Shown in pieces: positions 15,101-26,961 of a DNA stretch of 64,000 nucleotides; the stretch's first letter is position 1, and each line of letters begins with the position of its first letter. The position numbers were made by a program, and so were the translations under genes. The notes below the pieces were generated by a model. It was not told the origin of the DNA. It saw only the letters and a program-made list of their open reading frames with translations, and did no database searches. Source of the DNA: Haliotis rubra (taxonomy: Eukaryota); contig NW_025765772.1 in NCBI RefSeq assembly GCF_003918875.1, positions 1 to 64,000 of the forward strand, written 5' to 3'.

Positions 15101-15691
15101 TGAACATATCTTTCCAAGTTTGAATATTATTCAAACCGAAAGCCTTGTCATTTTATGTACATATGCTTTACAAAGAACGAGACGCAGGTGCCCAGTACCT
15201 CTGAATAGCAGATTGCTGATATTACAAAGCACCCTTCCACTACCACTTCCACTAGTAGTATGTACCAAACCCAATCAAGCACTGTGTATTCACCCCAGCA
15301 TGCCCAGCTCTTCAATAATGTTCTTTGATCTATAGTTTGGTTGTTGTTTAATGTCCCTAGCAATATTCCAGCTATATGGTGGCGGTCTGTAAATAATCGA
15401 GTCTGGACCAGACAATCCAGTGATCAACATCATGACCATCGATCTACGCACATTGGAATACGATGACATGTGTCAACCAAGTCGGCGTCCCTGACCACCC
15501 GATCCCATTAGTAGCCTCTTGCGACAAGCATGGGTTACTGAAGACCAATTCCAACCTGAATCTTCACAGGTCTGTTTGATCTACAGATTATGTGGCTGCA
15601 TGCAAGATCTATTCTAATGATTTTTGTTCATTTCAGGGCTGGTATTCGATCACAGAAGCGACCAGCACTCACAGACGTAAATGGAGACTGA
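130..15691 (+). CDS. NCAPG: Condensin I complex subunit G (CAP-G); 3' portion, 14 exons, 5' end upstream of the window
   Basis: GT-AG exons at about 130-276, 893-1009, 2552-2765, 3264-3438, 3607-3718, 5307-5426, 5842-6117, 7097-7278, 7910-8084, 10052-10216, 11048-11489, 12539-12641, 13266-13439 and 15637-15691 (TGA). They translate to CAP-G HEAT-region motifs: YLAETISEIREPI, VLPGVQNAESDVRNAAIKALGLSCLL, TALQCLFDLVHMFG, ELRTVAAEGMAKLLLSGRVVSSKLLSHLLLLWYNPLTEDDNHLRHCLGAFLPVF, FEEAFMPTLNTL. Exon phases of the last four exons were checked and are consistent. Exons 1, 2, 4 and 5 contain small indels. Confidence 0.93.
1010..1640. repeat. ~45-bp minisatellite copying the NCAPG exon end plus splice donor
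   Basis: Repeated unit CTCTCTTCAA..TACTCGACCCATCAGATCAGGCTGGTCG|GTAAGT matches the last ~40 nt of exon 893-1009 plus its donor. Confidence 0.9.
2237..2475 (-). mobile_element. SINE, Nin/Deu-domain-like family
   Basis: Reverse complement of the family with core CCCATGCTTGTCGTAAGAGGCGACT and 3' end ATTTACAGACCGCCGCCATATAGCTGGAATATTGCTGAG; other copies at 14525, 15335 and 22675. Confidence 0.75.
2766..3015. repeat. 81-bp tandem repeat x3 including an exon-end/donor copy
   Basis: Unit ends GTTGGATCTGATG|GTATTGTAG, mirroring the real junction GTTGGACCTGAAG|GTATTGTAG. Confidence 0.85.
3719..5110. repeat. ~57-59-bp minisatellite (~24 copies) copying the exon end plus donor
   Basis: Unit GTGAAGACACTGACACCTGCACATGTTGCTGGAGAGCCAG|GTAATACAC matches the end of exon 3607-3718 and its donor. 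Confidence 0.92.
6124..6287 (-). mobile_element. tRNA-derived short SINE (~170 bp)
   Basis: Reverse complement of GGGGCGGTGGGGTAGCCTA..GGTTAAAG..CACATGGGTACAATGTGTGAAGC..GATATTGCTGGAATATTGCTAAAAGCGGCGTAAAAC with a (CACT)n tail. Confidence 0.85.
6310..6655 (-). mobile_element. tRNA-head SINE with MESC/Meta-like central domain
   Basis: Minus strand shows an A/B-box head (GGTTCGATCCCCGACCGCGTCATACC) then TGGTAC..GGCACTAGGCATTAA; related fragments at ~22250-22470 and ~31280-31395. Confidence 0.65.
9579..9680. mobile_element. ~100-bp MITE with Harbinger-like TIR
   Basis: Inverted pair CCCCGTTTCACAAAGCTCT / AGAGCTTTGTGAAACGGGG. Confidence 0.7.
10385..10525. other. Assembly gap (N run)
   Basis: Run of n. 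Confidence 0.99.
10527..10908 (+). mobile_element. Two tRNA-derived short SINE copies
   Basis: Copies at ~10527-10690 and ~10755-10908, each with a (CTCA)n tail. Confidence 0.8.
11525..11878. repeat. ~70-bp tandem repeat x5 near an intron start
   Basis: Unit AACATATTCTATGTGTTGTCACAACAGGTTGTGGTATATTGTTACAGTTGTTGTAGTTGAAGGTTGTTT. Confidence 0.9.
11893..12056 (+). mobile_element. tRNA-derived short SINE with TSD
   Basis: Full head and (CAGT)n tail, flanked by TCATTTTGAAGA on both sides. Confidence 0.85.
13905..14270 (+). mobile_element. SINE with a 5S-rRNA-like segment and CORE-like domain
   Basis: GAAGATAAG...TTCTTGGATGGGTGACCG resembles the 5S internal promoter (TACTTGGATGGGAGACC), followed by CCTTAGGCAAG..TGCCTCTGTTCACCCAGCAGAAAATGGGTACC. 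Confidence 0.5.
14525..14768 (+). mobile_element. SINE, Nin/Deu-domain-like family
   Basis: ACCCGTGAAGGTCCGGGTTAGAA..CCCATGCTTGTCGTAAGAGGCGACTAACGGGATCGGGTGG with a CTCACTCACT tail. Confidence 0.8.
15335..15570 (-). mobile_element. SINE, Nin/Deu-domain-like family
   Basis: Reverse-complement copy of the 14525 element. Confidence 0.75.
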
Positions 15692-15962
15692 ACCTGCTAG
15701 AACAAGACTATCACAACCATTGCCATCCCCACCATAATAGCCTACAAGAGTGTTCACTGACATTGACATGATTGTGCCGAGACTGGAAACCTTCAGGAAA
15801 CACCAATTGGATCAGACTGAGTGACTGCTGCTCTTCCTTCAGATCAGCATTGAGAATTCTAAGGACTATCATGTGTCTTGTTCCTTCCTGTTCTATTTCA
15901 CTTCTAATCATTGATATTGTTTATCATTTGTGCATACTTTGTCCTTCAGTAATGTCATGAAC

Positions 15963-15968
15963 AATAAA
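15963..15968 (+). terminator. Polyadenylation signal of NCAPG
   Basis: AATAAA ~270 nt after the stop codon. Confidence 0.6.
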
Positions 15969-16879
15969 ATTACTTGAATTATTTCTTGATAGTTGGTGAC
16001 TCTGAGGTTTTCCAGTGTTTTGAGATTTGGGTACACTGTGCAAGACACACAAACCTTTCCACTATTTCAGATCCAACTAATAAGAGCAATATATCTTGCA
16101 CAATAAGAATTTTCTGTTGAATGTTAAATTTGTTGTTTTACCTGGCAGTTAACATTACTCCAGCTATGTCAGAGCCATCTGTAAATGGAGCCTGGACTAG
16201 ACAAACCCGTGACTGATGAAACCAATGAACCCAGTCACTAAGTTTGGTCACCTAATCCAGTATTGTGGTCTCTTACCACGACTGATACACATATAATTGG
16301 TTCCCAATTGTCCAGATTGATGCTCATGCTGTTGATCACTGGATTGTCTGGTCCAGGCTCCATTATTTACAGACCGTCGCCATATAGCTGAAATATTGCT
16401 GAGTGTGACGTAAAACTAAACTCACTCACTCACTTACCACGACTGATAATGTTTCTGTGTTTATAAGTACAACCACTGCCCTTGGGTATTAACAAATGAG
16501 AACAAGGACCCTAGCTATTTACATTCTCAGAATTTAAACTTAGTACTAAGTATAGGTGAATTTTTTAAAGTTACTCTTCCGTCTGAGAAGATTCGTTATA
16601 GAGCATTTTAGGAGGATTCTTAAGTCTTCGTAAGAAGTTTCTTAACTCTACCAAATGGCTGCCTCTCATCGCAGCTGCCCTCACCTCAGACATTTTGAGA
16701 ACTAAAGGACGTTTGAAGTATTTACAGTCACTGAATTAATCAAGAAATTCCATTTGGATCTAATAGGAATCATTTTTTGTGTGTATCATCGACAGAATGA
16801 AATCTACAATAGCACCTGAACTGACAATGGCTATCATCTGGCACTATTTAGCGTCAACAGGAAAAACGCATCTGTACAA

Positions 16880-17200
16880 TGGAGATGACTTGTCATCGTC
16901 ACTGTGTAAGATCAGCAGTGTCACGACACATTGAATGCCTTGAGATTGCCACTTTTCGGGTAGCATCAATAACATTCCCAGTTCAATTACGTGAAATTAC
17001 AAAGAAAACAAGCAGCATCATTGGAGACATTGATGGTACTCACGTTCCAAACATGAGGTCATGTGGCAGAATGCATGAACGGAAAACACTATCACAATAT
17101 TAACACTGATTGTATTTGATGACGATTATCACAGTTTTGATATGATCACGACGTGGCCTGATTCCGCCCTTGACTCTCGCATATTATGCTCAAAGGTTCG
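16880..17200 (+). pseudogene. PIF/Harbinger transposase relic
   Basis: IIGDIDGTHVP, then frameshifted RK.YHNIN and TWPDSALDSRIL, match Harbinger DDE motifs GAIDGTHV, RKxYHSIN and WPGSxHDSRI. Confidence 0.75.
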
Positions 17201-17849
17201 CCATCCGTGACCAGAGAATTCAACACCGTCACAACTTACCAACTGACACATTGGATTGTAAAGGCACTGATTGAGGAATGGTGAACATGCACGCTACTGA
17301 ATCACTGGCATTCATTCTGCTGGGAACGCTTGCCTTATTCCTGAAGCCAAGGCACAGGGAAAAGGAAGGGCTCTTGAAGGAATGAACACATCAGAATCAA
17401 CTTATACATTTATTATCATTTTACTAATATATCAACATATACACAAGAACAGTTTTCTCACACTGGAAACTTCAAGTTACATATTATTGCAAACATCTAA
17501 CTATGTTTATAATTTAAAAAGGCGACAAAAACATCCCATTACTTTGAGAAGTTTGTACTGAAAGCATTAGCATGTCCTAATGAAACACCATGAGAAAATG
17601 CTGATACAAGGTGTCATCAAAACGTTTTGAGAACGTGCAAAGGCAAGGCAATTCAAGACAAGACGTGTAAAACATGGGTATTGCATCATGCATCGTTTTT
17701 GTCACTGCTGCATCATATTTGGACTTGTCCTCCATAACACCATAAATGAATACAATCTCAACATGATGTTATTTGTTTAGGTTTCATCTGGAAATTCGTT
17801 CAGCATGTGTGAATAACGTGCAATCTTTCTCAACCTATTACACAGCTAT

Positions 17850-18125
17850 TTGGTTGGCTGGTCCAGTACTCGGCTACCTGGTTGGCTGGTCCAGTACTCG
17901 GCTACCTGGTTGGCTGGTCCAGTACTCGGCTACCTGATTGATTGGCTGATCCTGCTCTCGACTACCTCATTGGATGATCCTTCTCTCGGCTACCTTGTTG
18001 GCTGATCCTTCTCTCGGCTACCTCATTGGCTGATCCTGTACTGCTACCTGGTTGGCTGATCGTACTACTCTGCCACTTGATTGGCTGATCCTGTACTTGG
18101 CTACCTGGTTGGCTGATCCAGCTGA
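17850..18125. repeat. ~28-bp tandem repeat
   Basis: GGCTACCTGGTTGGCTGGTCCAGTACTC, ~9 degenerating copies. Confidence 0.85.
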
Positions 18126-19170
18126 CCTATGTCAGTGTTTCATTTAGGCTTAACTATCAACATAGGAAGAGTCCTCTGCCAACACTGGTATTCTTGAGCA
18201 AGTTGAGGGCCAGTCTGGTTGCAGCCATGTGATGTTTCACTTACAACGTGAACCTGAGCTATTCTGACCACAAGCTACTTTTCGGTCAATGTCCCGAAAG
18301 CAGTCCACTCCATTTGTAGCCATCATCGCTTGACCTGGCTGACCGAGACATGCCACGAAATAACAACCGCGTCGGTATATATGAGATAATCATTCAGAAT
18401 CAGTTTCATACATTGGAAATACCTCCATGGTGATCATATCCTTCCATGCTGAAGGATACAAGATATTAAAAACAAAGATATACTGTTAACACTACTTTAA
18501 ATGATCACTCGTCAAGACTATACGATAAGTGCAGGTGTAAATAAAGAAGACTGATAGCTGTAAATGATCACATTGTCATAACGAAATAATCATTAATTGA
18601 GTAATGATACAGTTACATGTATATACAATGGACATGTACAGTAAACTACAGTTATAAGAGGAACACAATATGATAAGTAATTGTAGGTCGTTCTAACTGT
18701 TGTTCGTTATACATATTTCGGCTAAAATATACAACACGTTCCAGGAAAAGCACAGTTATTATGAGTAAGCACGTTCAATGTAAACATAATTTACTGTACA
18801 ATGAATCCTCATTAAAACGCACAATACATATTCGTCTAATGCTATGTAAAACGCTGTGGACCGTTTTGTCTTTAGGCCACAAACATCTAATTGTGGTTTC
18901 AAATCCTGCTTCGCCAAGATATTTTTGCAAACACCTTTTCCTGTTAATTGAAATAGTCAACATATACACTGATTTGTCCGAGGAAATGTATCTCTGCATT
19001 ATCAAGTGATCAAGCCAAGATTTCCTTGCTGGTTAACCAATAGTCTCTTTAATCAGTATATTGGGAAGTTGAATCTTGGTGTGCATTAGTTTTGAACTGG
19101 TGATCAAAAGTTTAGTTTTGCCATCATTTGATTTTGGGAAGTTTGCTGTCATCCAAGTTTTGATATCAAC

Positions 19171-19560
19171 AATTATCATCCAAAACTGTGTTCCACAGGA
19201 GATATCGCTTGTGTGAGATCAAACGATATCTCCTAGGAGATATCGTTTTGACAGCAGATTTTGTACAATGCCCTGACAATGCTATGACGTCATGTACTTG
19301 ATGACATCACAATGCTATGACATCTCTGCACTGCGTCTAATGGCAGTACCATGTTCAGAGATGTACATTTTTAATTGAAAATTAATGAAGAGTAATTTTG
19401 GATGATAAATAGAATCTCACCCTCGTGTCTTCTGATATCAAATATATCAACACTCGTTGATAAAAGTAAAATATCCTCGGCAAGCCTCGGATATTTGTAA
19501 CTTTATCAACTGGTGTTGATATAATTGATATCAGAAGACACTTGGAGTGAATTCTCTATT
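19171..19560. mobile_element. Non-autonomous element with asymmetric inverted repeat and long terminal hairpin (Helentron/HINE- or Crypton-like)
   Basis: TTATCATCCAAAA (19173) is inverted to TTTTGGATGATAA (~19396), followed by a ~150-bp imperfect palindrome; a second copy of the right part lies at 60090-60281. Confidence 0.6.
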
Positions 19561-20115
19561 TAACCATGATTCTCTGGGACGTCTCACTGGCCGATGACAC
19601 TGACATTGGTGCCACTGCATATTAATTCTCAACAGAGGTGAAACCCTGAAGATCAGAGGTGAAGATCCGGGTTATCTGCCACCATGCCAGCCTATACAGA
19701 TTACAGAACAGACGCTGGGTCAGTAACTTGTGCGAATCAAATTAACACAATCTAATAGAGGAAATACAGTGCACACAGTTAACTGACATATATTTTTACC
19801 TCCTAATTTTACGTCTTTGTGAATTTTCGGATCATAGTTAATTTTCCTTAAAATTGTTGATAATTCAAATAAACTGAGACATAATTAAGAATGCTGGATG
19901 ACATAGCCGTGTTTACATGAAACGTGAATCGTGTACGAACATTTGCTTGAGTTGATCGATTGATTGAACTGATCTGGACAGTGGCGATTCAGCATATTTC
20001 TGGACAGCAGCTCTTCTCAAAAGACGGGGTACAGGGGATTTGGACTTTTCTTGGACGAATCTCGAATGTGGACATGAAGTATATTAAGGGTTGATGGGGA
20101 AGGACATATATGTCC

Positions 20116-21284
20116 TGTGGCATCCATGGGGTTAATACCATTCGACTGGAGTTGTCTCCCTTCCACTGTACTATTTAGAGCCCCAGATGGAGCACGTTAT
20201 ATATACGCACATTTTGATGATGCCTGGCGTCATTACAGCAGCAAACTCTGTGTTCGTTAAATAAAATAAAAATATAATCTTTGCAACAAAGTGTTTAATC
20301 GACAGAGGTGTGGTTTTATTATGGACTGACTGTATTTGTTTGGTTCACTGAGGTATAATAACATTTTCGTTGTGTTCATTGTAAGTCCTGCATTCAATTT
20401 TAAGTACTTGTATATAGTTACTGTTTATTGTATAGGTGTCAGATTTTAAGTTTACAGATAAAATATAACAAACCCTCTCAGTTAAATATATCCCTGCACT
20501 TATGCAATTACTCAATTAACAATAGCCACCCTACTGGGTCAGGCAAGGTTCTGAGTGTATAGTGTATTTCTTAAAGAATTGTTACATTAATGCATCGGTG
20601 TGTACTTAAATGTATCTATTGTTTTCCAACCATCAGTACAGCCTAATTAAAGCTAAATTATGACTTAACGTATTGTGTAAATGTATAATCGTATGAAAAT
20701 GTGGTATGAAATAGTGAGGGTGGATGTGATATTTGTTGCTTTTATTATAACTTATTTTTATATACCATTATTAGTATTATCAAGATTGTATTTTAACGTT
20801 TCTTAGAATGATCCGTGATGATTGATGATCCTTGACTGCTATGAGAGCTTGTTTACACTCATTTGCCACACAGTGGTAAGTGTACTTTATGATCTTGTAT
20901 GTAATAAACTCTATATATTTCCTTCATGTATATTTGTAATATATTCATTGAATGTCATAAATGATATATGTATGTATGAATAGTTTTCATGTTGCTATCT
21001 ATATTTAAAGATGTATTTATGCTAGTACGTGTTTTGTCTGGGCTAGCTGCATGCTAAGACTATATAGAATGTGTAATACATGTATACGTAAGCCATGTTA
21101 TACCTTTATGCTCAAATACTTAGTTATTTTTATGTATATTTTCAGAGTTATTCAAACATTCCTTTTAATGGATAAATAAAGTGGCAGTCATCTGTGACCA
21201 CAAGTAGCGTTGTGTTGTGTGCGCTCCACCCACCCACCAACATTCACCCATATCCGCTACTACATTTTGGAGCCCCAGTGAGGA
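20116..21284 (+). mobile_element. LTR (~1.15 kb) with primer-binding site; truncated LTR retrotransposon
   Basis: TGT...TACA ends, AATAAA at ~21175, then TGGAGCCCCAGTGAGGA resembling the complement of the tRNA-Thr(UGU) 3' end. The 5' boundary is tentative. Confidence 0.55.
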
Positions 21285-22674
21285 TGACAGCCAGAGAGGC
21301 GTGGGACATGTACCCTCGGGACAGACACCTTGAAACACACCTGTCAGGCGTCGATACGTGAGTGAGATTCTGATATTTTGTGACTGTAATTTTGTGTTTG
21401 TGCTACATCAAGGAGACGATCACGCAACTACCCGAGTGAATTTGTGCCCAAAGACTTTATACTATAGACACTGATACCTGTTCATCTCATATCATTCTGG
21501 TTGTTCATACTGTGCGGTGAGTTCATCATTTGACACTTTTTCATGCGTATATCATGGCCACATATGGTACAAGTCAAACTTGGGAATTGTATCGGACATC
21601 TGTTTTTAGAAACAAACTAGCACAATTACGTTGCACGCATCTGTTACGAGTGGAGAGATCACACAACAGTTTAAAATAGATTTAATAATGGCAGTCTATA
21701 CATATGTACAATGTGCAAAACAAGTATCATTTGATATAGTTAAAAGTCTTACTTTGGATAAACAGTTGTTCCTGTTCCATCACATTATTTAGAATAAAAA
21801 TACATAAATCCATGAAATGAAATCCCCTCTATGCCGACATGGCATATTCAGAAAGTCAGTTTAACAAGCCGAGATGGCTAAACCTCTCATCTCGCTCCCG
21901 ACCTGGAATGTGGAGTGACTCATCACTTTAATGTTTTAACTTGCTGGAGGAGTCAAAAGCTGGCTATAAGCAAGCTACAAAAAGAAATAGGTATAACATC
22001 AGTAGTGTGTTCATTACCCCAGCTTACATTATAGACAATGGAGAGTGGTAGTTGGTTAAAGCATAGGCCCTGAGTCATGGTGAACGGGTAATGACTAAAG
22101 CTGGCAATATATATATTTTTTACAGAATCACTAATCTAATTTATAAATTTATATATACAGATTTATAGATATATATTTATATATATGTGAATAAGAGATT
22201 CGATAACACATCTGAAAACATTATTCCACACACAAGGACACAAGAGTTGACAGTAGGCCTACTACAGGTCCCTGCCTGGTGCTCGGCATGAATGGGTACA
22301 ACAAGGACTGGTCGGCTCGGAAGATAATGTGTCTGAGATGGGGTATTCATGCATAACTGCGGCATGGTATCTAAGTGACCTAGCACTATAAAGCCAGCCT
22401 AAGTCTGGGCTAGTACAAGTTGCCATACATGCACAAGCATGCACGTTGTCATATGGACCCTAAACCCCATTTTACCCTACATAACAATACTACATGTACG
22501 TATGTACATCCATACTCGTTTTCATAACGAGTTTGTCTTTATCAGTATATTATACAGTGAGGGACATATGGAATTTACTATAACCTGTGTAGTCCTGTGG
22601 ACATGACTCAGTAGGTCTTGGTACCAAGACAGATACAGAGTCAGCTGTGCAAGGGTAGTCTCAGTGGTCATCAC

Positions 22675-22905
22675 CCCTTGAAGGTCCGGGTTAGACTTGG
22701 TCTTCAGTAACTCATGCTTGTCGTAAGAGGCGACTTACGGGATCGGGTGGTCAGGCTCGCTGACTCGCTGACACATGTCATAATATCCAAATTGCGTAGA
22801 TCGATGCTCATGCTGTTGATCACTGGATTGTCTGGTCAAGACTCGAATATTTACAGACCGCCGCCATATAGCTGGAATATTGCTGAGTGCGACGTTAAAC
22901 AACAA
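22675..22905 (+). mobile_element. SINE, Nin/Deu-domain-like family
   Basis: Same family as the 14525 element. Confidence 0.8.
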
Positions 22906-23624
22906 ACATGTCCAGTCATCTGGATAATATAAACCTCAACAAAAGCTACACAAACTGAAAGATTGACGACTGTCAAGATAAGGCTTCCTAAGTTCAAAAA
23001 CCACAGGTTCTGAGCACATAATGTACACGTGTTGATGGTGCCCTGTGATTTGTGCGAGATGTCATGTATTTATAGCATACATGACATCAATAGCAGAGCA
23101 TTTTTCTGAACAAATCCATACCCTTTGAAAGGTATATCTTTTTAACTGGCCGGATACATCTTGACGCTTTCGTGAAATTCTTGGTAGTGGCTAAGTTGTA
23201 CCTACACATATTGAGCAGAGACAGTTTGGAATGGTGGTTAAACCTGCTGGATTAGGCCTAACTTGAAACGTTAATCTCATTTGAATGCGTTTTTCAGTTC
23301 TCAAGACACCCATAATACAGAGGATTTGATATTTGGTCTAAATTATGCTATGGTTCTCGAATGGCAGGAACAAGGTTCTTCCTTTAATCATATTCTCTCA
23401 GACATTTCTTGAACTTAAATATCCGATGATAGACACTGGGATTCAGGTAAACTGTTCACATCATCTTTGTTGTCCATCATAGGTGGGTATTTCAGGTTGA
23501 CTACACATTTGTCCAATACTGACTACAGTTTGTATTAATCTGCCAGGTCAAGACAAAACAGTTCACATCACTTGACAGACACAACCGTGTACCCAATGTA
23601 CCATGTTTGTTAGGAAATGTCCAT

Positions 23625-23870
23625 TTACTTTGCATCTTGTACCGCTTGTTTAGGGTCATAGCGTGGATCCCTCTTGAAATATGTTGTGAGTTTGTCAATG
23701 TAAGATGACAGCTTGGATCTTAACTGTTCTCTGCATCCTGGTGAAGTATGCTTGAGTCCTGGTCGACGGCATCCGTGACAATCAGGATTCATAATGTAAT
23801 TTTAAAAAAATGCTTACAAGCATGTAACCTTGTTCAGGGTGCTTCAAGCAAGCTCGTTCTTCCAGACAGC
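23625..23870 (-). pseudogene. Degenerate duplicate of the BTB gene 3' coding region
   Basis: Encodes LSGRTSLLE..PDCHGCRRPGLKHTSPGCREQLRSKLSSYIDKLTTYFKRDPRY, versus LSGRTSLLE..PECNACNDPGWKHSSSGCRVQLKSDLLTYFDKLTSYFREDPRY upstream; contains a stop and a frameshift. Confidence 0.75.
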
Positions 23871-23930
23871 CCTCGTATGACATATTCTCAGTTCATCTTG
23901 CACCTTTTCAAAACGTATTTTTTGGAAAGT

Positions 23931-24793
23931 TTATTTTGCCTGCTTCACAGCCAATTTGCGACCCTCGGACACTTTCACATAGCGTGGATCCTCCCTAAAG
24001 TAACTTGTGAGTTTGTCAAAGTAAGTTAACAGGTCGGATTTCAACTGAACTCTGCATCCTGAAGAGCTATGCTTCCACCCTGGATCATTACATGCGTTAC
24101 ACTCAGGTTTCACAATATGATCCAATCGTTTCTTAAACATTTGTACATCTGTTGAGGTTACCTCAAGCAAACTCGTTCTTCCAGACAGTACACGAAACTT
24201 GGTATCTGCAGACAGAAGATTAAATTCCCGCAAAGTTTTGATGCCGTTCTCGTAAGTTCTGTATTTCGCCTTGATAACACAGGCGTCCAGAAGAGCACCC
24301 AGTTTATACTTGTCAGACAGGTAGAGAAAGTGAACCAGTTCTACATTAGACGGATCTGATCGCTGTGCATCTTTGAGTTGGAACAAATTGAGGACAAACT
24401 GCTCACACCGTTGCATGAGAGACTCGACCTCGTACTCGTCAGCGAGGGGCAGAACAATGTCCAGTGTTTCTCGTTGGACAGGTTTGCAAGTGGACGGATG
24501 AATACACAACAGGAACTCAACAAAATCTGCATACTTCTTGTCCGCGATGGGAACCTCTGTTTTGTTCTTAAAGTCACCTTCGAACATTTTCAGGAAAGCA
24601 GGGGAGTGAGACAAAGTAGAGCTTTACTCACGTGTAGTTTCTTCCCTTCAACAACGAGCACCACGTCAGTCAGAGAGCTGGGTGTAGAGAACATGGAGTC
24701 ATCAGGCGCTGGTGAAGCTGGTTTCGTCTCTTCACTTACATCAGTAGCGGAGTCGACCAAAGCTTTGGCTGTTGACGATATTGGATTTGACAT
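23931..24793 (-). CDS. Intronless BTB/POZ-domain protein with a 1-bp frameshift at ~24612
   Basis: TDVVLVVEGKKLHVSKALL + HSPAFLKMFEGDF..DFVEFLLCIHP..VLPLADEYEVESLMQRCEQF is a BTB domain split across ORFs 24590-24793 and 23931-24614. Confidence 0.88.
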
Positions 24794-24873
24794 TGTTCCT
24801 TAGAAACGACCAGAACCCAGAGAAACGTATACAACTGACTTCAATATGGCGGATGAGCTGTTGCATGTATTAA

Positions 24874-26961
24874 AGGGCAAGTGTACACGAATAAATCACA
24901 TTTATTCTTATGTGAATCAAAGTGAACTGTTTTAATTAGTTAATACCAATGTTTGAAAATATACACTCATTTTTTTCTTACAACGTAAAGTATAACCCTC
25001 AAAATAAGTGCTGAAATGTTATGCCAATATGAGGGTATTTTTTTTGCCGGAGCTAAACAGGCCAGAGTTACCGCCCTTTGATTATGACGTAATTGGTGCC
25101 ACTTGAATTTAAACTGGTCTCCTGTCTAGTCCCAAATCAAAAGATAATAATACTGATATTAATCACGTGAAAAAAGTTCGTGAAAATACGAAGAAGCTTA
25201 AGAACAGAAAATGTAAGCAGCAGGACGGATTGGTCGTGTGTATTTTCATTCATAACCTCGCCTCAATGAAAATACCAAATATGTATAACAATGTTGACGT
25301 CCTGTATGACATCACTATCAGGGAAGCGACTTTTGCAAAATGGCGTGTTCACTGACACGAGTTTTCGAAGGACATTTTCGTTGTTTCAAGCAACGTATAT
25401 GCATAAATGTGACATGTAAGTAGTCCGAAACTTCTGACAGTCTGCTGGTTGTTATTTTCTTTTTGTTTTCATTGTGACCAAGGGAAATAGTCAGAAATTA
25501 AGAGAAGTACCGTCATCGTTGTGCGTGAGTTTGCGTCAGTTATGGCGTCATGCTTTCAAAAACTATAATATGTTGTGATGAATCTAGAAAATCATTGGCA
25601 TACACCTGTTTTATTTAACTATCGCTTGCTACGATACCTTTCCATGCATGTTCTAAAACTAATGAGCAATTGTATGCAACAAGTAGGCGAACGGATGCAC
25701 AGTGTAAAATCTGAGATTGGCTTTGTATACATTTCAAACAAGTATTCTTTCACAGCGCGGCAGCTCAATATCTTCGGATATATTTCGTTAGATTTCACTG
25801 AAACATTCTTCGTATTGGTGACAAAGTCCATTTGTCAGTTTATTTTGAACTGTATGAGGAGGGATTCAGGGATTCATGTAAGGAAGATGGTGTTGAATTT
25901 TATGGACGAAACATAACCGACATACATGTGACGTGATTTTATAAACACTATGTAATATGGCTGAAACTTCACTTTGACGTTTGCGTATTTTCCAAAACTT
26001 TCTCAGCGATTCTCGGTTCATTGATAATGTTTCAGAACGAGGCATTGGTGATTCGATCATACAACAACAAAACTACTGCTGATCACAATGATACATCTTT
26101 TTTCTTTTAAATTCAATTCTCCCAGTAAAATTTGACATTTTACCATAAATTACGCAAAACGCGAGAAGTGAATCGTGATTTAGTAGTGTAGTCAAAACTG
26201 GCGAGGATTTTACGATGCATGTAATTTTCAGTAAATTTTATCTACAATCAGCGGATGCTATCATAGAAAAACTAATTTCAAACAGTGTTCAAAACTGCAA
26301 ATTGCATTTATCTGCGTGATGTAAGAGTACTATCGATATAAAAGTGAATTAGGTGGAAGAGGAGTGACATATCGTACGATTTATGTAAGAACTTTAGTAA
26401 CAAACGTAGAATGCCGGCACATTCACCGATGGCAAAGCAAGATGTAGTGCATATACGTTTTATAGGTTTCATGAAAAAAGGTACTGTTGGAAGAGACGAC
26501 CGACTCAGGTTGTATATGTTATATAGAATTTGGTTACGTGGTAACACTCTTAGTACAATGTATACGTTTTTTCAAACTGCAACGTCATTACAGTGTAGAA
26601 CTGACCGCACAGCTGACGGCCAAGCGGCAGGTGGATTAAAACGGTATTAGCCTGCGCATCGAGAACAAAAGAACCACACCTATACCTGCACCACGTGAAA
26701 TGGGTCTAATAAGGTCTGACGACGTCATTCGTTTATCGTTTGGGCACCAATGACGTCATTTCCAAGGGACATAAGCCATGGTGTGTTTATTGTGGACATA
26801 GAACTCTTGGTAAATGTTGAAAATATGAATTGATATAACGCAAATAATAAATTAGTTACTTCTGATTTATGTACGGGTTTGGATATAAAACGACTTGATA
26901 AACACTTTTTATGAAGAAAACGTGCAAGACAAAAAGGTTAATTTTCGTGTACACTTGCCCT
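24874..26961. mobile_element. Non-autonomous TIR DNA transposon with TTAA TSD (Kolobok-like)
   Basis: ttaa|AGGGCAAGTGTACACGAA ... TTCGTGTACACTTGCCCT|ttaa; an extra subterminal inverted pair at ~25074 and ~26742; no transposase ORF. Confidence 0.85.
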
